From a bacterium (GTDB lineage: Bacteria > Arandabacterota > Arandabacteria > Arandabacterales > JALGWA01), in assembly GCA_050125095.1 (NCBI GenBank), contig JASFEA010000049.1, positions 1 through 19,573 on the forward strand: a stretch of 19,573 nucleotides of DNA, given 5' to 3'. Below are positions 8,173 through 14,959 of the stretch, in pieces; the first letter of the stretch is position 1, and each line of letters opens with the position of its first letter. The position numbers and the translations under genes are program-made. A model generated the notes under the pieces. That model saw nothing but the letters and a program-made list of their open reading frames with translations, was not told where the DNA came from and ran no database searches.

Positions 8173-9429
8173 ATGATTACCAGGACCGGAGTCCATCCAG
8201 TCATCTTGGCGGCATTGGTCGTCATCCTGTTATACCTCGCGTTTGCCAATCCCGCGGCAGGCGTGGACCGCGAAGCCGAGCTCGCGGCCTTCAATGAATA
8301 TGTGGACGAGGCACTGCCCGTCGTCGCCGAGATGACGGGCATAGAGGCGGACGAGCCCGTTCCCACCGTCATGCTCATGAGAAGCGAAGTGCGGGACTAC
8401 CTGATTGAGACGCTTGAAGTCGAGTACCCCGAGGGAGAACTCATGAAGCGCGGTGAATGCATGGCGGCCCTCGGCCTCGTTCCCCGAGGTTACGACCTTG
8501 AGGCCGGCATAATCGAGATGATAAGCGAAAGCGCGGGGGCTTTCTACGATCCGCGGAAAGACGACATGAAGGCCATAGCCGACCTCCACCCGATGCTCAG
8601 AGCCCCGCAGATGCAGAAGATGATAGTCTCGCATGAGCTCACGCATGCTCTCCAGGACAGGGTCATCGACCTTTACGAGCTCTATCGCGAAGCGCTGGCC
8701 GACCTGGACCGCGATTACGCCATCAGGGCAATCGTAGAGGGCATGGCCAGCAACGTGATGCTTCCCTATATGAACGGCCAGGAGCTCGGAGAGGGACCGG
8801 ACGTCCAGGCGTACATGCGCGCCGGATTCGACATGAAGTACGGCAGCGGCAGCGGCGGCGCCATGGGAGGCGCGCCGCTTTATGTGAGAGAGAGTTTCCT
8901 GAGCCCTTATGCGGAAGGCGGCGGCTTCGTGCAGGCGTGGATCGGGAAGTACCCCGACAGGACGCTAAGGCAGCTCCTGCTCGACATGCCTCCTACGAGC
9001 GAGCAGATCATGCACTTCGACAAGTTTGAAGAGGGAGACGAGAGAACCCCCATCGACCCGGCGTGTTTCGACGCCGTGGTGCCGGCGGGATGGGAGATAT
9101 ACTACGCCAACACCCTGGGCGAGTTCGACTTCCTCATGCTGTTCAGGAGCCATGCCGTAACCGCGCAGTATGCAGACGAACTCGCCGCCGGTTGGGACGG
9201 CTGCAGGTGGCGGGCATATCACGACGATGCCGGGGACCTCGTCATTGTCGGTTTGTCCATCTGGGACAGCGTGGAGGATGCCAGGGATTTCGCCAGCGGC
9301 TTCGAGCATGTGCTTGAGGAAATACGGGAGGCCGGCAAATACGAGGTGGCCCGCCACAGAAATACGGTCTGCTTCGCAATAGGGACGGCGAGCCCTATGG
9401 CCTCAGACCTCCTGGGCCTATCTGAGTAA
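8173..9429 (+). CDS. Exported putative zinc metallopeptidase (gluzincin-like HEXXH + E)
   Basis: AAGGGG precedes ATG at 8173, followed by a hydrophobic signal or anchor. Motifs AFYDP, HELTHALQD, downstream AIVEGMA (third-ligand Glu), PYAEG, PPTSEQIMH, NTLGE and AAGWDG. Confidence 0.8.
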   Translation: MITRTGVHPVILAALVVILLYLAFANPAAGVDREAELAAFNEYVDEALPVVAEMTGIEADEPVPTVMLMRSEVRDYLIETLEVEYPEGELMKRGECMAALGLVPRGYDLEAGIIEMISESAGAFYDPRKDDMKAIADLHPMLRAPQMQKMIVSHELTHALQDRVIDLYELYREALADLDRDYAIRAIVEGMASNVMLPYMNGQELGEGPDVQAYMRAGFDMKYGSGSGGAMGGAPLYVRESFLSPYAEGGGFVQAWIGKYPDRTLRQLLLDMPPTSEQIMHFDKFEEGDERTPIDPACFDAVVPAGWEIYYANTLGEFDFLMLFRSHAVTAQYADELAAGWDGCRWRAYHDDAGDLVIVGLSIWDSVEDARDFASGFEHVLEEIREAGKYEVARHRNTVCFAIGTASPMASDLLGLSE

Positions 9430-10980
9430 GAGGGTCTTTATACTCCTCGTCTCTCCCATGGCGGAGAGCCTCATGAAATAGATTCCAGCCGCCACCGAGC
9501 GGCCCCAGGAGTCCCTCCCGTCCCATACCGCCCGGGCCCCTCCCGCGGCCAGGTCAGCGTCCAGCAGTGTCGCCACGCAGCGCCCGGCGACATCGTAGAC
9601 CTCCAGATTCACATGGGCCGCCTCGGGCAGCGAGAACCGCACAGCGGTCGAATATGCAAACGGGTTGGGCGAGTTCTGATGAAGCACAACAGCCGCACGG
9701 GCCCCACCTCCTGCCGGGGCGGACGCATAGAGACCGCGCTCCAGCTCGGAGATGAACCAGGGGGCGCTCTCGGCCGTAATGGTTATATGCACCTGGTTCT
9801 CGACAGGGAAGTAAACCGTGTCGAAGGGCGTATGCGCGAGAAGATCCGGGTCCCCGGCAATGTCATAGAAGAGATCTCCGGTGTCGATATCCAGCGCGCT
9901 TACTGCGGGGATGAAGCAGTGGTCGTCATAGAGCGCGATTACATCTCCATAGGGCGCCTCGGTGCTGTCCATCTGCGCCATCGAGCCGCGCGTACCCCCC
10001 GGCGCGTTGTCGTAAGGCTTCGTGCCGCTCACGTATACCTGGAGGTAGTCGTCGGGAAAGGGCCAGATAAGATCGAGCGCCCCGTCGAATATGATCTGCC
10101 CCCCGCCGTCGGGCACGGCCCAGACGTTTCCAATGATATCGACGAGAAGGCTGCTGTATTCGTAGAGGATGATCTGCTCGCCCGGCGAGAACCCCTGGCC
10201 GGTCATGTAGCCGCTGCCGTTGGCGACCGCGACCTTGCGCGGAAGCGCCGGGTAGTCCCCCACGGCTGCCATGTCCGCCATGAGCTCCGTAAGCAGCGTG
10301 TCGCAACTCGCCGCGGATTCGGGCGGGTCGGTGAAGTAGTAAACGAGCATTTGCCTGGGCGCCGGCCTCATGAGACTCTGCAGCAGCGCATCGGCGTCGG
10401 CGGACTGGCCCGAGAAGAACTTGACCCAGTACTGTATGCCGAGGGGTATGTTGGCTCCCTTATGCGGGGCGTCGAAAGAGATAAAGGTCCTTACGTTGTG
10501 GGCCATGCCGTTGTGCTCCATGTAGGCGAGAGCGTATCGGCCGACCAGCCCTCCCATGCTCGCCCCCACCACCGCTATGCTGGCATAGGGCTGTATGACG
10601 CTGTTCATATGATTGATGAGCTCTATCGCAACGAAGGAGTTCCGCTGGATGTAATCGGTGGCGTCGGTGAAGTCGAGAACGACGGCGTCGAATCCACGCG
10701 TGCTCAGGCTCTCGATCATGCCCTCCTGATTCATGGCCTCGTAGAGATACTCCCAGCCCATGGTGTTGTCTATATCGAAGCCCTCAATGATGAGGACGGG
10801 ATTGGTGAGGGCCGGGTGGCTCGCTCCCAGGTAAACGTAGGCGCTGCCGCTCGCGTACTCGCCGAGATAGGGTATGGTGGCCGTGATGAAGAGCGTATCG
10901 TCGGGGTCGGGCACCTGGGCCAGGGCCGGGATGGATGCAGTCATTAAAGCCAGAGCATAAACCCAGACGGTTCTCTTCAT
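9418..10980 (-). CDS. Secreted lipase/esterase-like alpha/beta hydrolase (PGAP1-like) with FlgD-Ig/T9SS-like C-terminal domain
   Basis: Signal peptide MKRTVWVYALALMTASIPALA. Motifs IIEGFD, GASMGG nucleophile and FDAPHKGANIPLG. C-terminus QNSPNPF..VYDVAGR..WDG..GIYFMRL..KTLLLR. Confidence 0.87.
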   Translation of the reverse strand: MKRTVWVYALALMTASIPALAQVPDPDDTLFITATIPYLGEYASGSAYVYLGASHPALTNPVLIIEGFDIDNTMGWEYLYEAMNQEGMIESLSTRGFDAVVLDFTDATDYIQRNSFVAIELINHMNSVIQPYASIAVVGASMGGLVGRYALAYMEHNGMAHNVRTFISFDAPHKGANIPLGIQYWVKFFSGQSADADALLQSLMRPAPRQMLVYYFTDPPESAASCDTLLTELMADMAAVGDYPALPRKVAVANGSGYMTGQGFSPGEQIILYEYSSLLVDIIGNVWAVPDGGGQIIFDGALDLIWPFPDDYLQVYVSGTKPYDNAPGGTRGSMAQMDSTEAPYGDVIALYDDHCFIPAVSALDIDTGDLFYDIAGDPDLLAHTPFDTVYFPVENQVHITITAESAPWFISELERGLYASAPAGGGARAAVVLHQNSPNPFAYSTAVRFSLPEAAHVNLEVYDVAGRCVATLLDADLAAGGARAVWDGRDSWGRSVAAGIYFMRLSAMGETRSIKTLLLR

Positions 10981-11018
10981 AAGGCCATCCCTTCTCGTCG
11001 TGATATATCCCGGGTATT

Positions 11019-11047
11019 ATTCTACCATAACCGGGAGATTTTCTCAA
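11019..11047 (-). promoter_or_regulatory. sigma70 promoter for the secreted hydrolase
   Basis: Minus strand TTGAGA-N17-TAGAAT with extended -10 (TATGGTAGAAT), 38 bp upstream of the ATG. Confidence 0.7.
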
Positions 11048-11102
11048 TTGCAGTGCTTGTATCGCGCTACTGCATCGTCGAATCTGCCCGGACCGAAATG
11101 CG

Positions 11103-11816
11103 TCACCCCCGCCTCATGGCCTTCAGGCGCTCGGCCTTGGGCCATTTCTCGATTGCATAACGGAGGGCCGTCCGGGGCATAACGTCCTTGTGCTTCATCA
11201 CGAACTTGTGGGCCTGGTCGAAGAAGTGGTCGCCCGTGACTTTGAGCATCCAGCCGTAGCCCTTCTCGACCATGTCCTCTTCATCCATGAGGAGGACCTC
11301 TGCGGTCTTGAAGACCTCCTCGAGAAGCAGTCCCCTTTTTACGGGCTCTATGAGGGAGACGGCTGATGCGCGCCTGAGCCACAGGTTCTTAGAACCCGCC
11401 CATTTCATTCTCCTGGCTGAGAGCTCGGGGAACTTGACGAGCGCGAGGCCCAGAACGCCGCAGAGGCTATCGCAGCGGCCCCAGTTATCGACGTATGTCT
11501 TGAGCCATCGCTCGAAGCGACTGAAGTCCTTCTTCTCGTAACGTCTGGCAATCTTCATGGACCAGTCGAAGGCAAAGAAGCGCGAGTACTGCCAGCCGCT
11601 CGACAGCAGTTCGTCGCATATATCGAGTATCTCATCCTTATCCAGCCGGCCCACCTGCGTGCGCAAGAACCTGTTGGAGACCTTTCGGAGAACAGGCGTC
11701 TTCAGACCCTCGGGATGGTCGAGTTTCTCCTTAAACCACCTCTGGTAGTTCATCCGGTTGGCCGGCTTGTCGACGGCTTTGACCTCGGCCCGGAGCTTCT
11801 TGATTAAGGCATGCAC
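11103..11816 (-). CDS. DNA alkylation repair protein (AlkD-like HEAT-repeat family)
   Basis: GLKTPVLRK, YVDNWGRCDSL, W..SKNLWLRRAS, EDMVEKGYGWMLK and MPRTALRYAIEK match the AlkD-like family. The GTG start overlaps the cupin TAG, with AAGGAGG upstream. Confidence 0.88.
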   Translation of the reverse strand: MHALIKKLRAEVKAVDKPANRMNYQRWFKEKLDHPEGLKTPVLRKVSNRFLRTQVGRLDKDEILDICDELLSSGWQYSRFFAFDWSMKIARRYEKKDFSRFERWLKTYVDNWGRCDSLCGVLGLALVKFPELSARRMKWAGSKNLWLRRASAVSLIEPVKRGLLLEEVFKTAEVLLMDEEDMVEKGYGWMLKVTGDHFFDQAHKFVMKHKDVMPRTALRYAIEKWPKAERLKAMRRG

Positions 11817-12187
11817 TACGTACCTGCCTCCTTACCGCCCGCCCCGCGCTTGCGCCAGAAGTCGAAGGACCGCCCGGGAACGAATATGTCGATGCCCACG
11901 CAGGCGGTATCGAGCGGATTCTTGATGACATGAGGCTCATTGCCGGGGATGTAGACGGCGTCCCTCTCGTCAAGGACGACCTCGCCGTCGCTGTCGGTGG
12001 CAATGGACAGTCTCCCCTTGAGGACCACAAGCACCTGGGCGCTAGGATGATCAGGCCTGGGCGAAGCGTGGCCCGGAGGCTTGGAGAAGTGCTCTATGGA
12101 GATATCCTCTTCACAACACAGGCTCACGCGCTTCCAGTCCTTTTCGGGCTCATAAGTCTCGGCTGTCTCGAAACGGATTATTTTCAT
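11816..12187 (-). CDS. Cupin-domain protein
   Basis: GGAGG RBS. Cupin motif 1 (PGHASPRPDHPSAQVLVVLKG) and motif 2 (DAVYIPGNEPHVIKN), followed by DIFVPGR. Confidence 0.85.
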   Translation of the reverse strand: MKIIRFETAETYEPEKDWKRVSLCCEEDISIEHFSKPPGHASPRPDHPSAQVLVVLKGRLSIATDSDGEVVLDERDAVYIPGNEPHVIKNPLDTACVGIDIFVPGRSFDFWRKRGAGGKEAGT

Positions 12188-12214
12188 GCGGTCCTCCAGT
12201 CAGGTTCACAGGCG

Positions 12215-12225
12215 ATATTAACATA
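12215..12225 (-). promoter_or_regulatory. Candidate extended -10 promoter for cupin-alkD
   Basis: Minus strand TATGTTAATAT, 27 bp upstream of the cupin ATG. The -35 is weak. Confidence 0.4.
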
Positions 12226-12231
12226 ACAGCG

Positions 12232-12264
12232 CCGGGCAACCAGGAAATTGTGCGTGGTTGCCGG
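12232..12264. other. Inverted repeat downstream of miaA
   Basis: GGCAACCA-N12-TGGTTGCC, extendable by CCGG. It has no U-tract, so it could be a pause/stability hairpin or an operator. Confidence 0.35.
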
Positions 12265-12290
12265 CCGGTCTTGCGTATATTGAGGAGGCC

Positions 12291-13247
12291 TCAGCGCCCA
12301 GTACCGGCGACGGCACGCCGGTATTCCTGAAACACCACCTGGCTTGTGGATGACGCCTGCGCCCTGGCCGGCACGTCTATCCAGCGAATGTCGGTGTCCT
12401 TGCGGAACCACGTCCCCTGGCGCTTGGCGAAGCGGCGGGTTTTGAGTTTGATCAGATCGACCGCATCGCCGAGAGTGGTATTCCCCGTCAGGTAGTCGGC
12501 GAGCTCGCGGTAGCCGAGTGTATTCCTGAAGGCAAGGCTCCGGCCATAGCCCGAGTCCACCAGCGCCTTGGTCTCCATAAGAAGGCCCGCTTCCATCATT
12601 TCGTCCACCCTTGCGTCAATCCTGCGGTGGAGGTCATCTGTATCGCGGCTGAGCCCGATCTTTACGAATGGAACGTCCAGGGGTTCGACGTCTTTCTCGA
12701 GGTCGCTCATTCTCTCCCCCGTCATCTCGAAGACTTCAAGTGCCCTTATAATCCTCACGGCATTCTCCGGATCGGTCCCGGCGGCCTTCTCCGGGTCCAC
12801 CTCGTTGAGCTTGTGCCAGAGGTGTCCCGGGCCCCACCTCTCGGCTTCGCGCGTAAGCCTATCCCTCACTTCGTCGTTGGCGGCCGGGCCGTCGAATATG
12901 CCGTCGGTAAGCGCCTTTATATAGAGCCCGGAGCCTCCCGCGACTATGGGCGTCAGGCCGCGGCCGAGTATGTCGTGTATCCTGCGTCTCGCCTCCGTCT
13001 GGAACTCTTTGGCGGTGTACTGCTCGTCGGGGTCGACCAGGTTCACCATATGATGCCGCACCTCACGCATCATCTCGGCGGTCGGCTTGGCGGTGGCTAT
13101 GTCCATGTGCCGGTAAACGAGGCGCGAGTCGGCCGAGACGATCTCGCCGGGCAGGTAGTTCCCCGCCAGATGAAACGCGACATCGGTTTTGCCGGTACCG
13201 GTAGCCCCCACGAGCACGAGCGTGATCCGGGGCGACTCCTGGTTCAT
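12291..13247 (-). CDS. miaA: tRNA (adenosine(37)-N6)-dimethylallyltransferase
   Basis: P-loop GATGTGKT, ADSRLVYRHMDIATAKP, GGSGLYIKAL, RIIRALEV, TRRFAKRQGTWFR. ATGA overlap with mutL. Confidence 0.97.
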   Translation of the reverse strand: MNQESPRITLVLVGATGTGKTDVAFHLAGNYLPGEIVSADSRLVYRHMDIATAKPTAEMMREVRHHMVNLVDPDEQYTAKEFQTEARRRIHDILGRGLTPIVAGGSGLYIKALTDGIFDGPAANDEVRDRLTREAERWGPGHLWHKLNEVDPEKAAGTDPENAVRIIRALEVFEMTGERMSDLEKDVEPLDVPFVKIGLSRDTDDLHRRIDARVDEMMEAGLLMETKALVDSGYGRSLAFRNTLGYRELADYLTGNTTLGDAVDLIKLKTRRFAKRQGTWFRKDTDIRWIDVPARAQASSTSQVVFQEYRRAVAGTGR

Positions 13248-14959
13248 CTTCTCAAGAACCTGCGCTCTATCTCGTCCCAGGAGAGCCTTATCATGGTGGG
13301 CCGGCCGTGCGGACAGGCAAAGGGCATGCGCGTTTCGAAGAGACGACTTATGATGGAGTTCACTTCATCCTCGTTGAGCTTGTCGCCGGCCTTGAGCGCC
13401 GCCTTGCAGGCCACCGACGCGGCGATCACATGTTTGATATCCTCTGACTTGGACCTGAGCTCGATTATCTCGTCGACTATCTCGGCGAGTATGGCCTGTT
13501 TCGCCCCTTCTCTCAAGAGCGCGGGTACAGCCTCAACCACGTAAGTACGGTCGCCGAACTTGCGGACGTCGAAGCCGACGCGCTTTATGTCCTCCATGTG
13601 CTCGTCGATGACCTCCTCCTCCTCGGGAGAGACCTCCACGGTTTCGGGAAAGAGAAGCTTCTGGGACGTCGGGTCCTTGCCGTCCAGGCGGGCCTTGACC
13701 TCTTCATAGAGGATGCGCTCATGTGCCGCGTGCTGATCGATGAGATAGAATTCATCGGCTGACTGCGCGAGTATGTAGGAGTTCTTGAGCTGCACTATGG
13801 CGCTGACGCCGGCGGCCGCCTCCGCGGCCACCCTGGTCTTGTATTTAGGTACTGCTTCGGATATCAGTATGCCCTCGTTGCTCTTGAGACTCACCGGCCC
13901 CCGCGTGACCGGCCTACGCGCCGCCTGTCTCTTCTCGGCCGGCGGCCTCGTGATAATGGGCGGTATCATGCGCTTGGTGGTGAGAGCGCTCTCGACCGCG
14001 TGATATACAAACTGCCTCACTTCCCTGTCCCTTCGGAACTTGACTTCGGTCTTGGCCGGGTGCACGTTGACGTCGATCTCCCGCGGGCTTATTTCGATCA
14101 AGATGACGCCCGTGGGGAAACGCCCCTTCTTGAGAAGCGTGCCGTAGGCGTCCCTTATGGCGCTGAACAGGAGACGGCTCTCAACTGGCCTGCGGTTTAT
14201 GAAGATATTCGTCTGGCCGCGCGTGGCTCGGGCCTCCTCCGGCCGCGAGAGGAACCCGCCGATGTGTATGTATTCGTCGCCGAAGTCAATAGGGATGGAG
14301 TTCTCGCCGAAGTTCTTGCCCAGCATGCCGCCGAGGCGCTGCTCGACGCTTTCCACCGCGGGCAGACTTAGCACGGTCTTGCGGTCGCGGATGAGCTTCA
14401 TTGATACCCAGTGATGGCTCATGGCATGTGTCGCGAATGTGCGCGTTATATGGCGTACTTCGGTGGCCCGGGTCTTGAGGAACTTGGCCCTCGCAGGCGC
14501 GTTGAAGAAGAGGTTTGTGACGCTTATTGTGGTCCCCGGCTCGCGGGACGCCCTGGTGACTTCGTCAATCTTGCCGCCCCTTGCCACGATACGCGTCGCG
14601 TAATCTTCCTCCGCCATCCGCGTCACGAGGTCTATCTCCGAAACGCCGGCGATGGCCGGCAGCGCCTCGCCGCGAAAACCCATTGTGTTTATATTGTCGA
14701 GATCATCCGGCGAGTCCACCTTGCTGGTGGCGTAGCGCTCGAATGCGAGCTTCGCGTCATCCTCACTCATTCCCGCCCCATCGTCGATCACGCGGATGAG
14801 CTGGCGGCCGTCGCCCTTAATCTCGACGGCGATATGCCCCGCGCCCGCGTCTATGGCGTTCTCCATGAGTTCCTTTACCACCGAATACGGCCTGTCCACG
14901 ACCTCCCCGGCGGCGATCAGATTGATCATTTTGTCCGGAAGGACCTTAATATTCCCCAT
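13244..14959 (-). CDS. mutL: DNA mismatch repair endonuclease MutL
   Basis: GHKL motifs IAAGEVV, VKELMENAIDA, DDGAGM, GFRGEAL, plus DVNVHPAKTEV. Endonuclease motifs DQHAAHERILYE, ACK and CPHGRP. Confidence 0.98.
   Translation of the reverse strand: MGNIKVLPDKMINLIAAGEVVDRPYSVVKELMENAIDAGAGHIAVEIKGDGRQLIRVIDDGAGMSEDDAKLAFERYATSKVDSPDDLDNINTMGFRGEALPAIAGVSEIDLVTRMAEEDYATRIVARGGKIDEVTRASREPGTTISVTNLFFNAPARAKFLKTRATEVRHITRTFATHAMSHHWVSMKLIRDRKTVLSLPAVESVEQRLGGMLGKNFGENSIPIDFGDEYIHIGGFLSRPEEARATRGQTNIFINRRPVESRLLFSAIRDAYGTLLKKGRFPTGVILIEISPREIDVNVHPAKTEVKFRRDREVRQFVYHAVESALTTKRMIPPIITRPPAEKRQAARRPVTRGPVSLKSNEGILISEAVPKYKTRVAAEAAAGVSAIVQLKNSYILAQSADEFYLIDQHAAHERILYEEVKARLDGKDPTSQKLLFPETVEVSPEEEEVIDEHMEDIKRVGFDVRKFGDRTYVVEAVPALLREGAKQAILAEIVDEIIELRSKSEDIKHVIAASVACKAALKAGDKLNEDEVNSIISRLFETRMPFACPHGRPTMIRLSWDEIERRFLRR

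Noticed and set aside
9613..10947. 444-aa plus-strand ORF (likewise 5295-6326, 7188-8090, 12627-13544)
   Set aside because: These are antisense to well-supported genes, have Arg/Val/Gly-rich shadow composition, and show no domain evidence.
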